A stretch of 64,000 nt of DNA from Gemmatimonadota bacterium (GTDB taxonomy: Bacteria > Gemmatimonadota > Gemmatimonadetes > Palauibacterales > Palauibacteraceae). The number at the start of each line of letters is the position of its first letter. Within the stretch, counting starts at the first letter, position 1. The stretch lies in NCBI GenBank assembly GCA_039589875.1, contig JBDHGL010000003.1, forward strand, positions 4,035-68,034. The letters are read 5' to 3'. Shown piece after piece: positions 1 to 9,082 of this stretch. The position numbers were made by a program, and so were the translations under genes. The notes beneath the pieces were generated by a model. That model had not been told where the DNA came from, ran no database searches, and saw only the letters and a program-made list of their open reading frames with translations.

Positions 1-1185
1 GTCGGTCCTGTCGATCGGCGAGATCACCTCACGGTCGTCGGCGTACATGATCGCCATGCCGAACCAACCCCGCTTCACCTGGAACTCGTCGTCGCGCAGG
101 ACGTTGAACTCTATCGGCGTGATTCCGAGCGCCGACGCCTCCGCGGCCGATTCCTCGCTCTGGCCGGGATCGATCTCCTGAACGACCACCAGGCCCTCGC
201 CAGCCCGATCGAAGTCTGCCATCAGGTCGCGGACGTCGCGCAAAATGAGCTGCACCTCGGGTGGGAGCTCTCGCGATGAGACGAGCTTGATCGTTACTAC
301 ATCCTCCAGCTCGCCCAGGATCTGGCGTGTCCCATCGGCGAGCGTGTAGAGGTTCTGACGCGTCAGATCGAGGCGCCCGCGCACGTAGCCGCCGAGCAGG
401 TTGAGGAGGACGACGACGGCTCCTACCGCTATGACGCCTATCCGCAGCCTCCGGAAGGCTCCTCGCTCGGTGCTCAGCCGATCTTTGCTCACTAGAGCTA
501 CCGCGAGGATGAGGAAGAACGTGGCCGACGAGACGAAATACAGGACATCGCGCAGGTCGATCACTCCTCGCGCCACACTCTCGAAGTGGCCGAGTACCGA
601 CAGCCTGGCGGCGGCTCCGCCGATCAGCGGCGACAAGCCGATCTGAACCAAGCCGGTGCCGAGAAGAACCAGCGTCAGACTGGTCGCCGTCGCTAGGACA
701 AAGGCGGTGATCTGGTTGCGAGTGGCCGCCGACGCGGCGAGACCGATCGCGACGAACTCGGCCGCCAACAGCGCTGCTCCAGCGTATTGGGCGGCCATGA
801 TGCCAGGGTCGGCGTCCGAAAGCGCGAGGATCGCAAGCGCCGTCGGAAGCGTTCCGGCCAACACGGCCAGAACGAACAACCAATTGCCCATGAACTTGCC
901 GATCACGACGTCGGATTCGCTCACCGGATGGCCCATGAGCCATTCCAGCGTGTGTCCGCGTCGTTCCTCGGCGATACTCCTCATCGTGACGGCCGGTACG
1001 TAGATGGCGAGAAGCCACGGGAGCAGATCAAACAAAGGCCGCATCGAGGCGATCCCGCCCGCCAAGGCCTGCCTCAGCGCGAGAAAGAGGGCCAGAGCGA
1101 GGAAGGCGATCGCCAGGATATAGGCGGTGGGGTGATCGACGAACGAGCGGAGCTCGTTGCGGGCCACGGTCCGGAAGCGTTTCAT
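1..1185 (-). CDS. Fused GldF-like ABC-2 permease + GldG-like extracytoplasmic domain (3' end runs off the window)
   Basis: Not in the ORF track because it is open at the edge. Manual translation from ATG 1185, which overlaps the ATPase stop (ATGA): MKRFRTVARNELRSF..TMRSIAEERRGHTLEWL..HFESVARGVIDLRDVLYF, continuing in frame into RLDLTRQNLYTLADGTRQIL..ELP, the GldG-type N-terminus. Confidence 0.85.
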   Translation of the reverse strand, partial: MKRFRTVARNELRSFVDHPTAYILAIAFLALALFLALRQALAGGIASMRPLFDLLPWLLAIYVPAVTMRSIAEERRGHTLEWLMGHPVSESDVVIGKFMGNWLFVLAVLAGTLPTALAILALSDADPGIMAAQYAGAALLAAEFVAIGLAASAATRNQITAFVLATATSLTLVLLGTGLVQIGLSPLIGGAAARLSVLGHFESVARGVIDLRDVLYFVSSATFFLILAVALVSKDRLSTERGAFRRLRIGVIAVGAVVVLLNLLGGYVRGRLDLTRQNLYTLADGTRQILGELEDVVTIKLVSSRELPPEVQLILRDVRDLMADFDRAGEGLVVVQEIDPGQSEESAAEASALGITPIEFNVLRDDEFQVKRGWFGMAIMYADDREVISPIDRTD

Positions 1186-2195
1186 CGCTCGTGCGTGTCC
1201 TCGTCCTCGACAGGTAGAGGCTCGGGATCGAGGTCGAACACGGGCAGATCGTCCTCCGGTCCCGATTTGGCCATGTCGTCCGCCGTGAGCTCCCGAAAAA
1301 GCTGCTCCAGGCTCGCACGCTCCTGGTGGAGCTCCCACAGCGTCCAGTCCTTTTCTTTCGCCAACCGAAACACGAGCGGCCGCGGGTCTTCGGCTGCAGA
1401 GGTGCTCAGTCGCACCAGGGTACGGCCGCTCGCCTCTTCGACGGAGACCGTACGGATCCCCGGAAGCCGGTCGAGCGCGTCAGCGATCCCATCTCCCTCG
1501 GCTTCGACGACATAGCGTGCTCCGCCTCGGTGGCCGGAGAGCAGGTCGGCGACGCTCCCATCCGCCACGAGCCGGCCACGTGATACGATGAGCAACCGGC
1601 TACAGGTCGCTTCCGCCTCCTGCATCACGTGCGTGCTCAGGATCACCGTCCGCTCCCGGCCCAGCTCGCTCACCAACCGCCGGATCTCCACCCGCTGGTT
1701 CGGGTCCAGACCCTCGGTCGGCTCGTCCAGGATCAAGATCTCGGGGCGATGCAGGATCGCGGCGGCCAGGCCGACACGCTGGCGGAAGCCCTTGGAGAGC
1801 TCGCCAACAGGACGGAAGAAAACGTCGCCAACGTTGGTCTCCGAGGCCGCGTCTCCCACCGCGCTTTGTGCATCCCGACCGCCGAGCCCTCTCAGCTCCG
1901 CCGCGAATTCCAGGTAGTCGCAAACGAGCATTTCATCGTAGAGGGGGTTGGCCTCGGGCAGATAGCCGACCCTCCGTTTCGCCTCACGAAGCCCCTCGGC
2001 GATCGGCTGATCGTCGAAGGTAATGAGGCCGTCGTCCGGCTCGAGCGTTCCCGTGAGGAGGCGCATCGTCGTCGTTTTACCGGCGCCGTTCGGGCCGAGA
2101 AAGCCGACGACCTCTCCACGATCTACCTGGAAGGAGAGCTCGTCGACCGCCGTAATCCGGCCAAATCGCTTGGTGACGTTGTCAACGTCGATCAC
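1182..2195 (-). CDS. ABC transporter ATP-binding protein (GldA-like)
   Basis: Walker A GPNGAGKTT, signature LSKGFRQR, Walker B ILDEPT, H-loop STH. GTG start at 2195 follows a GGGGATGGA RBS-like stretch. Confidence 0.92.
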   Translation of the reverse strand: MIDVDNVTKRFGRITAVDELSFQVDRGEVVGFLGPNGAGKTTTMRLLTGTLEPDDGLITFDDQPIAEGLREAKRRVGYLPEANPLYDEMLVCDYLEFAAELRGLGGRDAQSAVGDAASETNVGDVFFRPVGELSKGFRQRVGLAAAILHRPEILILDEPTEGLDPNQRVEIRRLVSELGRERTVILSTHVMQEAEATCSRLLIVSRGRLVADGSVADLLSGHRGGARYVVEAEGDGIADALDRLPGIRTVSVEEASGRTLVRLSTSAAEDPRPLVFRLAKEKDWTLWELHQERASLEQLFRELTADDMAKSGPEDDLPVFDLDPEPLPVEDEDTHER

Positions 2196-2429
2196 GCTGT
2201 ATCCATCCCCCAAATGATGGAGCGGGTCGGCTTGGGCGCAAAAAAAGCCGCGCCGGAAGCACGTTGAGCGCCCGACGCGGCGCGATCGGCTCAAAGAGTC
2301 GGGGAGTGACCGGGTCCCGGCGCGTCGAGCATATCGCTTTCAGATAACTGCGGCTCCCCGCGCCGCCAATCGGCACTGGAAGCGATCGGGATTTTATTGG
2401 GGCGCCGGCCGATTGTCCAGCCTGTCCGG

Positions 2430-2446
2430 GTGGCACTACGTGCCAC
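2430..2446. promoter_or_regulatory. Perfect palindrome GTGGCAC-tac-GTGCCAC, candidate operator
   Basis: 7-bp inverted repeat in the divergent intergenic region between the ABC operon and the Spy-like gene. Confidence 0.35.
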
Positions 2447-2528
2447 AGGTTGGTTGGAGCCCGAGGCCTCACGCCACTGCACCAGGGCGGTCGCCAGCGT
2501 CTCGGAAAGCGTGATGAGGAGTGAGAGG

Positions 2529-3125
2529 ATGCTCAGGCTACGTGATGCAGTTCCATGGCTCGGTGCGATGGCTCTCCTCGGTGGGGTCCCCCCTGCCGCG
2601 ATTGGACAGGAACAGATCTCGCCCTACGTGGACGAAACGGACAGAGACATCAAGGCCCTCAGCTCGGAACAAGTCGCGGGCTTGCTCGAGGGAGCAGGCC
2701 TCGGGTTCGCCAAGGCGGCCGAGCTGAACGGTGTGCCCGGGCCTCGTCACGTGCTCGAGCTGGGCGCTGATCTGGATCTCGACGAACAGCAGCTTAAGGA
2801 GATCAAGGCAGTGTACGATCGGATGCATGGCGAAGCGGTCGAGCTGGGCGCTGTCGTCGTCGAGCTCGAGCAGCGGTTGGACCGTGCCTTCAGGGACGAG
2901 CTGCCTGACGCCGCGCAGGTGGAGGGTCTGTCGATCGAGATCGGCGATGCGCGAGGCCGCCTCCGCGCCACACATCTGGTTGCGCACCTCGACACCGCAA
3001 AACTGCTAACCCTTGCGCAGATCTCGCGCTACGGCCACCTGCGTGGGTACTCGGAGCACCCCGGACACGACGAGCACGAGGCGGGTCACCCACCAGAGGG
3101 TGGGTCGTCTCGGGATGAACCCTAG
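2529..3125 (+). CDS. Secreted Spy/CpxP-like helical protein with His-rich C-tail
   Basis: Signal peptide, then SPY..RDIKALS..G.GLGFAKAAELNGVPGPRHVLEL..LDL, a helical body and HPGHDEHEAGH tail. Start could be 2514 or 2529. Confidence 0.65.
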   Translation: MLRLRDAVPWLGAMALLGGVPPAAIGQEQISPYVDETDRDIKALSSEQVAGLLEGAGLGFAKAAELNGVPGPRHVLELGADLDLDEQQLKEIKAVYDRMHGEAVELGAVVVELEQRLDRAFRDELPDAAQVEGLSIEIGDARGRLRATHLVAHLDTAKLLTLAQISRYGHLRGYSEHPGHDEHEAGHPPEGGSSRDEP

Positions 3126-3835
3126 GGTCCTGCGGGCACTCCGATGGCACCGTTGATCACGGGGGTCATCTTCACTCGGTTCTGGTTCGCGGTCACGTTC
3201 TTGACGGATTCCGCAAGATCTACCACCAGTCCGACCGTCTCGGTGTCGCCTCCCGCGATGTCGAAATGGCCTGTCTTTACTTTGATCCCGGAATTCTGGC
3301 TGCTGGGTATGACGAGATCGTAGACCGTGCCGGCGTCATACGTCGTTCCGCCCACCGTCACGGCCTCGGAGAAGACGATCGTAGCGAATGAGATGAACAG
3401 GCGGATCTGATTGTATGTGCCGGCTGGAACGTCGCCGCTCGCGACCGTCTGCGGCGACATGCCGACCAGATTCACCGTCGTCCCGCCATCGGCGAGCGTG
3501 ACCGCGACCCACGGGCTCTCGCCCCCATCATCGTCGTCGCCCTCACCCTCGCCTTCGCCCTCACCCTCACCGTCGTCGTCGGACCCGACTCGGTGAACCT
3601 GGATGGACGTTACGGTTACCTCGATGCTCTCGACGACGTCGAGCGGAACTCCTGCTTGATTCGATGCGGCAGCGCCGTCGACCGCGACCAGGCTTCCGCT
3701 AACGCCGCTTCCCGCTCCGAGAACGACGTCCAGTTGACCGCTTTCCGGCTGGGTGCTGCCGCTGCACCCAGAGAGCGCGATCATGGCGATTGACGCGACC
3801 GATACCTGCACCAAACGGTGAGTAATGCCGAACAT
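3122..3835 (-). CDS. DUF4382-like lipoprotein
   Basis: Lipobox LSGC; VTVTSIQVH..W..VNL..VPAGTYNQIRL..L.IPS...SGIKV pattern. Confidence 0.7.
   Translation of the reverse strand: MFGITHRLVQVSVASIAMIALSGCSGSTQPESGQLDVVLGAGSGVSGSLVAVDGAAASNQAGVPLDVVESIEVTVTSIQVHRVGSDDDGEGEGEGEGEGDDDDGGESPWVAVTLADGGTTVNLVGMSPQTVASGDVPAGTYNQIRLFISFATIVFSEAVTVGGTTYDAGTVYDLVIPSSQNSGIKVKTGHFDIAGGDTETVGLVVDLAESVKNVTANQNRVKMTPVINGAIGVPAGP
3540..3569. repeat. Imperfect 6-bp tandem repeat encoding (GE)x5 within an acidic loop
   Basis: ccctca/ccctcg/ccttcg units, translating to DDDGEGEGEGEGEGDDDDGG. Confidence 0.7.
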
Positions 3836-4034
3836 CCGATCCCCCATGGCAATTCGATAGGAAAGCGCGCAAAGCAAGCAGAATCGAAAGCAAGAATCAA
3901 GCCCCCTGAGACTTCGATCGGCTGGTTCGCCAGGATCGCACCCGGAGAGCCGTTCAGAGTGGCATAACTGTCAATCAGGCAACCTGTTGCGAGATCTGAA
4001 CGGCGGGCTTGGCGACTTGGCCGGGGAGAGGTGG

Positions 4035-4065
4035 CAGCGGGGCGGATCCGAGGTCCGCCCCGCTG
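4035..4065 (-). terminator. GC-rich hairpin downstream of the metalloprotease gene (terminator or stabilising stem)
   Basis: Perfect 12-bp stem CAGCGGGGCGGA/TCCGCCCCGCTG with a 7-nt loop, about 50 nt after the stop. No U-tract. Confidence 0.55.
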
Positions 4066-4113
4066 TCGTGTCGGCTCTCTGCAAACGTTGCGCTAAGGCC
4101 TCGTGCTAGCCGT

Positions 4114-6801
4114 CTAGCCCGAGAGCTGCGCCTGCAGGCTCGCGTCGAGTGCCTGCTGGATTCGTGCGCTCGCCTCTTCCAGATGAGCGACCGTGTACGA
4201 ATCGAGGCTCTCAGGGCTGCGGAGCTGAGCGGAGATTCGCTGCTGAACCTCCGTCAGCTGGTGGCGGGCGACCGAACGTGCGTCGGCGGGCAGTCCGGCC
4301 GGCGGCCGCACCAGAAGCTCGCTGAAGCGGTGGATGTACGCCCGCTGAAGGTCGCGGCGGCCAGCCGAGATGTCGCGCGCCCCGCCGCTCCACACTTCTC
4401 TCCACACGGACTCGGTGATGCCGCTCATGAGCTCGGGGATCGTGACCACGTTCTGCGACCCGTACTTCAGTTCGGCGTCCAGGATCCTCGCCAACCGGGC
4501 CGATAGGGTCAGTTGGTTCAGCAGCGTGCGCTGGAAGGACAGTACCTCTTCGAGAAGCGGGTAGTCGATGCGGCCGTCGATCGTGTTTTCGTTTCCCCAA
4601 TGACTCCAGCGGTTCGCGCCCATCTCCTCGAGCAGCTCCCGCGGAACGCCAAACGCAGCTTCGCCGAAGCCGTACTCGGTCATGAATCGGAGAGCTTTCT
4701 GCTGCCTCTCCTTCGGGACATTCATGAACGGTCTACGCCCGTCCGGGTCGCCGACGTGGTCGCGGTACAGGTACTGCCCGCCCAGGTACTTCACGCCGAC
4801 GGCCACGGCTCTCACGTACTGGACCAACGTCGTGCGGAACGCATCCCTCAGGTCGTAATAGGGCGAGTTGTCCGCGAGCACGGCCTGCGGGAGTTCCGGC
4901 CACAGGGAGCGAACCAAGTCAGCCCGGCCGATGGCCCAGTCGAGGGGATCACCGGAGAGATCGTACACGTTCGTAGTCGGGTCGAGCGCCCCCGAGCCAC
5001 GTGCATCTTCGTCCGTCCCGTACTGGTGGCCATCCGCGGCTGCCTCGCGGGCAAGCCGGTCAGCGCGGGCTGGATCTGTGGTGTAGGCGTACGCGATCGC
5101 CCACCGGTCGTACGTCCCGACGGTCGGTGTATAGAAGTACCCGTTCGGTTCTCCGTTCGGGGCAAGGTTGATCGTGGGGTATTCCATCACCGAACCCGTA
5201 AGCCCGCGCTCCTCAGCCCAATCGCGATCGTGCAGACGGTCCAGCGGCGTGTCGTACGACGATCTGAAGTTGTGCCGCAGGCCGAGCGAGTGACCGACCT
5301 CGTGCATCGTGACCCACTTCAGCGCCTCTCCCACGTAGTCCATCGGGACGGGGGCGTTCGGATCGAGCTCGCCCCGCGCCGCAAGAGCGGCCCTGAGAAG
5401 CGAACCCTGAGCGGAGAGCTCCGTCCCCAGCGTGGCCATCTCACCACCGGCGCTCATCGCCGCGATCTCCTCTGGCGATGCGTCCAGCATCTCCTCGACT
5501 GCGGCCGTCGGCGTCACGAGCGTGCGCCAGGCGCGCTTCCAACCCAGGATCATGTTCGCTTCGAAGAGGATGTCCGCATCCAAGATCTCCCCCGAACGGG
5601 GGTCGACCATCGATGGGCCGATCGCCCCGTAGCCGGGTTGATCCGAGACGTTCCAGCGAAGCGTGGCGTACCGGACATCTTCGGCATCGGCTCCGTCCGG
5701 CAGAGGCTCGGCACGGATCGCGTTCTTGAAGCCGGCGGCCTCGAAAGCGCGATTCCACTCCTCTACTCCAGCCACCATGAACGGTCTGTACTCCGCAGGC
5801 ACGGTCCGGTCGATGTAAAACACGATCGGCTGCGCGGGCTCGACGAGGCCGGACCCGTCCGGCTGCTCACCTCGTGCCGGCTCCAAGCGCCACTTGTTGA
5901 CCAGCCGCTTGAAGAACGTCTTCTCGTACTGAGAGAAGTCTTTGTGTACAGTGAGGAAGTTGCCGACGCGATCGTCCGCCATGCGCGGAGCCATCGCTTT
6001 TGCCGGTAGCTCCGCCATCGTGTAGTGCACCGCGACCGATATGAAGCGGTCGTCAGGCACGGAGCTGATCGAGATCGGCTTGCCTGGCTTGAAAGTCAGT
6101 CTGGCCACCGCGTTCACGTTTTTTGGGAACGCCTTGATTCCTTCCAGGTAGCTGAGCTCCTTATCGAGTGAGGCGGCGCCGGGCTGACCGCGCGTCTCCG
6201 ACACCGCGGACTTCACCCGGCGGCTGATGTTCGACAGGTCGGAGATGAGCCAGCCGTTGATGTCGATGACCAGCGCCGAATCCGGCCGAAAAGACTCGAT
6301 CTTCGCCGATTGAACCACCGAAGGGCTGAAAGTGAGCTCTACCGCCCGTTCGACCGCGGGGTCGCTGCCTCCGGTGAAGCGGTGGGGCTGACGGATCAGG
6401 TAGACTCGATCGCCGTGCCGTTCGAGTGACACGAGCGCTCCCTCGAAGATGTCGAGCATCGTGCCGCCGTAGAGAGAGCGACCGCCGATTCCCTGAGCTA
6501 TCTGGAAAGCGAGAAGAAACTCCTCGCCGAGGCGGTCCTGCGGGATCGCCATGTAGAGCTTGTCGCTCTTTTCGTAGGTGTCGAAGAAGCCCTCTCGAGC
6601 CGTGGCGTCCTCCGTGAGCTCTTCGAAATCCTTGTAGGGATCCTTCTTCTTCTCCTCCTCAGACTCCTGCTTCTCGGGCTCTTCCTGGGCAGCAGTCGGC
6701 GCTGCATGGCCAGGCTCGTGCTGAGCCACGACGGTCGAGCTCCCCGTCAGCAGGAAGGTGACGGCCCAGAGCAGGGTGCCGCGGAGCGACGCTCGTTTCA
6801 T
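4114..6801 (-). CDS. Secreted zinc-dependent metalloprotease (DUF5118/DUF5117/DUF4953, EcxA-like metzincin)
   Basis: HEVGHSLGLRH zinc motif, SVMEY Met-turn, DPRSGEILDADI, signal peptide. GGAGG RBS precedes ATG 6801. Confidence 0.9.
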   Translation of the reverse strand: MKRASLRGTLLWAVTFLLTGSSTVVAQHEPGHAAPTAAQEEPEKQESEEEKKKDPYKDFEELTEDATAREGFFDTYEKSDKLYMAIPQDRLGEEFLLAFQIAQGIGGRSLYGGTMLDIFEGALVSLERHGDRVYLIRQPHRFTGGSDPAVERAVELTFSPSVVQSAKIESFRPDSALVIDINGWLISDLSNISRRVKSAVSETRGQPGAASLDKELSYLEGIKAFPKNVNAVARLTFKPGKPISISSVPDDRFISVAVHYTMAELPAKAMAPRMADDRVGNFLTVHKDFSQYEKTFFKRLVNKWRLEPARGEQPDGSGLVEPAQPIVFYIDRTVPAEYRPFMVAGVEEWNRAFEAAGFKNAIRAEPLPDGADAEDVRYATLRWNVSDQPGYGAIGPSMVDPRSGEILDADILFEANMILGWKRAWRTLVTPTAAVEEMLDASPEEIAAMSAGGEMATLGTELSAQGSLLRAALAARGELDPNAPVPMDYVGEALKWVTMHEVGHSLGLRHNFRSSYDTPLDRLHDRDWAEERGLTGSVMEYPTINLAPNGEPNGYFYTPTVGTYDRWAIAYAYTTDPARADRLAREAAADGHQYGTDEDARGSGALDPTTNVYDLSGDPLDWAIGRADLVRSLWPELPQAVLADNSPYYDLRDAFRTTLVQYVRAVAVGVKYLGGQYLYRDHVGDPDGRRPFMNVPKERQQKALRFMTEYGFGEAAFGVPRELLEEMGANRWSHWGNENTIDGRIDYPLLEEVLSFQRTLLNQLTLSARLARILDAELKYGSQNVVTIPELMSGITESVWREVWSGGARDISAGRRDLQRAYIHRFSELLVRPPAGLPADARSVARHQLTEVQQRISAQLRSPESLDSYTVAHLEEASARIQQALDASLQAQLSG

Positions 6802-6915
6802 CTCAAAACCTCCTAAGGCGGACTTCAACAGAAGAGAGAGGGGAGGTCCCCGACGCCCTTCAGGTATCTCAACGTTCATCCGGACGGAGCGTTCCACACT
6901 TGCGTTCAACATCCA

Positions 6916-6948
6916 ATTAGTGAAAAATCAGCCAAAAGTTTCATTAAT
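6916..6948. promoter_or_regulatory. AT-rich inverted repeat, candidate operator of the adjacent wHTH regulator
   Basis: ATTAGTGAAA-N13-TTTCATTAAT (9/10 match) between the divergent protease and regulator genes. Confidence 0.55.
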
Positions 6949-6951
6949 CAC

Positions 6952-7611
6952 ATGGAGCACGCAAGAGTGGTTACCGACGTGCAAACGCAAAAGTACCGGG
7001 TAGGACACCACGAGCAGGTGAAAGTGCTCGAGTCCACCGTGTGCCAGGAGATCGTCGACCTGGTCGGCGCGGCGGGTCCGTCCTCCGTTCGACAGATGGC
7101 AGAGCTCATGGGTCGTCGGCCGGATTCTCTCTACTACCACGTTCACAAGCTCGTGGCAGCGCGGCTGCTGATCGAACAGGGCATACGGGGCGTCGGTCGA
7201 CACGCCGAGGCCGTGTACGACGTTCCGGGCCGCCCTCTCTATCTGGCATACGATCCGCGGGATGCGGCCAATGTGAGCGCGATAGGCAGAGTCGTGGCTT
7301 CCATGCTTCGCAGCACGCTTCGCGATTTCCGGTCTGGCTTCGAGCCGGAGCTCGCGGTTGTGGAGGGAGAAGATCGCAACCTCTGGGCAGCTCGCATGAA
7401 GGGATGGTTGGGCGAGGACGACGTGCGGGAACTGAACCGGCTGCTGATGGAAATCCTGGAGCTCTTCCACTGCCACGACGTCCCCGGGGGCGAGGAGGGG
7501 ACAGACCGCCGATCACGGGGTCCTTCCCGTAGTCTGCATTCGTTCACCTGGGTGCTCGCTCCGATGAACCCCGACGCTGCGCTCCGTTCTGATCGCGAAT
7601 CGGGGAACTAG
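6952..7611 (+). CDS. Winged-helix (ArsR/HTH_20-like) transcriptional regulator
   Basis: EIVDLV...GPSSVRQMAELMGRRPDSLYYHVHKLVAARLL. Start could be GTG 6979. Confidence 0.8.
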   Translation: MEHARVVTDVQTQKYRVGHHEQVKVLESTVCQEIVDLVGAAGPSSVRQMAELMGRRPDSLYYHVHKLVAARLLIEQGIRGVGRHAEAVYDVPGRPLYLAYDPRDAANVSAIGRVVASMLRSTLRDFRSGFEPELAVVEGEDRNLWAARMKGWLGEDDVRELNRLLMEILELFHCHDVPGGEEGTDRRSRGPSRSLHSFTWVLAPMNPDAALRSDRESGN

Positions 7612-7638
7612 TCACCCGGCCATCGTCGAACCGGAACT

Positions 7639-8280
7639 TCAACGCAGGCAGGAAACGAGCGATCGGGACAGCGCCGTCTCCAGATCTTCATCGCCGATCG
7701 CGTCCGGACTGCGCTCCGGGTAGAGGATCGCTTCGCGGCAGGCAGCGGACACCAGGAATAGGGCGAAACGCACGGCTTTCTCCGGCTCCGGCCGGGCGAT
7801 CTTCTCCGGACTGGCCAGGAAGGCGGCTGCCCAGCCGTCGTGAAACGCGGTCTGGTGATCTCGCTCGGCGGCGACCCGCGAGGCCGAGTCGCGCGGCGTC
7901 TGCCGATCCACCTCCCGCAGAAGCAGAGCGTTGAAGTCGTAATAGGCTACCATGTTTCGCACCACCTCTGCGGCGAGATCCTCGAGCGGCAGCGAGCGCA
8001 CTGCCAGTTGATCGAGGTACTCCAGGCTTCTACGCCGGTGCGCCGCTCCATAACGGCGCGAGTAGAGTGCTGGCAGCAGATCTTCCTTCTTCGGAAAGCG
8101 AGCGTAGAAGGCTCCGACGGAGGTCCGGGCACGACGGACGATATCGGCGACGGAGATCGACTCGAACGGTGCCTCCGCGAGCAGCGTCTCGGTAGCGCCG
8201 AGTATGCGCTCCATAGTCAGCCGACTTCTGACCTGCCGTGGTGTTCTTGGCCCGGCCGCGGATTTCGCTGCGTCGACCAT
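7639..8280 (-). CDS. TetR/AcrR family transcriptional regulator
   Basis: RILGATETLL..FESISVADIVRRARTSVGAFYARFPKKEDLL HTH. Confidence 0.92.
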   Translation of the reverse strand: MVDAAKSAAGPRTPRQVRSRLTMERILGATETLLAEAPFESISVADIVRRARTSVGAFYARFPKKEDLLPALYSRRYGAAHRRRSLEYLDQLAVRSLPLEDLAAEVVRNMVAYYDFNALLLREVDRQTPRDSASRVAAERDHQTAFHDGWAAAFLASPEKIARPEPEKAVRFALFLVSAACREAILYPERSPDAIGDEDLETALSRSLVSCLR

Positions 8281-8329
8281 GTGTTTGTGCGCCTAAATGA
8301 CTACAGCGAAGCTGTCTAGCTTCATAAAT

Positions 8330-8356
8330 AGAAATAGATTCTGTTTCTCTATTATA
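8330..8356 (-). promoter_or_regulatory. tetR promoter -10 box with an immediately downstream palindromic operator
   Basis: TATAAT on the minus strand at 8351-8356, followed by AGAAATAGA-t-TCTGTTTCT (8/9 inverted repeat, 8330-8348). Confidence 0.65.
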
Positions 8357-8404
8357 GGCTGAAGCCACGCCTCGGGGAAGTGGGAGGAGCTAGGCATTTG
8401 CGCG

Positions 8405-9082
8405 TCAGAGGCTGCAGATCCAGTCGGCCGCCTCTTTGAGGTCGGAGACCTCGGCAGCGGGCCGCGGTCCGGAGGTGAGGCCACAGGCCGTACGATTGAC
8501 CCAGATGGTGCGGATTCCGAGCGATTCGGCTGTCTGGACGTCGTGGTAGTAGCTCTCAGCCGCATGTAAAAGCCGGTCCGATCGCCGACCGACATATTTG
8601 AGAGCAGCCACAAAGTGTCCCGGTTCGGGCTTGTAGCTTCGGACCCTGGCGGCCGTGATGAGAGGGTCGAAGCCAACAGCGAGCTGTTCCAGCGTCGTTG
8701 CCAGAAGATCATCGTCGACGTTCGACAGGATGCCGAGGGGCAGGCCGGATGAGACAAGGCGCTCGAGCGCCGGGTTCGTGTCGGCGAACGGCCTCCACGA
8801 GGGCAACGACTCGGCGAGGAAGTGGCGCCGGGAATCGGGTACGGAGAGATCGAGGAGCCGGGCGGCTCGTGCGGCCGCCGCCGCCAGCACCTCCCGGTAC
8901 GGGATGTAGGGTCCGCTCTCGACCTCCGCTTCCGCCGACGCGTACGCCTCGAAGAGGCGGTCTCGCTCGATCTTCGAGGCGCCGGGAACGGCCTCGTCGA
9001 AGGCGTCCGCGATTCCACTTCGCCAATCGATGAGGGTGCCGTAACAGTCGAATGTCACCAGCTGTGTGGTGACGTCGCTCAC
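8405..9082 (-). CDS. HAD-superfamily hydrolase (haloacid dehalogenase type II-like)
   Basis: FDCYGTLIDW motif I, LSN motif II, SYKP motif III. GTG start overlaps the upstream stop (GTGA). Confidence 0.88.
   Translation of the reverse strand: MSDVTTQLVTFDCYGTLIDWRSGIADAFDEAVPGASKIERDRLFEAYASAEAEVESGPYIPYREVLAAAAARAARLLDLSVPDSRRHFLAESLPSWRPFADTNPALERLVSSGLPLGILSNVDDDLLATTLEQLAVGFDPLITAARVRSYKPEPGHFVAALKYVGRRSDRLLHAAESYYHDVQTAESLGIRTIWVNRTACGLTSGPRPAAEVSDLKEAADWICSL

Noticed and set aside
29-1018. 329-aa minus-strand Arg-rich ORF from the track
   Set aside because: Wrong frame. The real gene is the GldF-GldG fusion running from 1185 to the window edge.
4513-6009. 498-aa plus-strand ORF
   Set aside because: Antisense shadow of the metalloprotease; no motifs. 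Such shadows are common in high-GC DNA.
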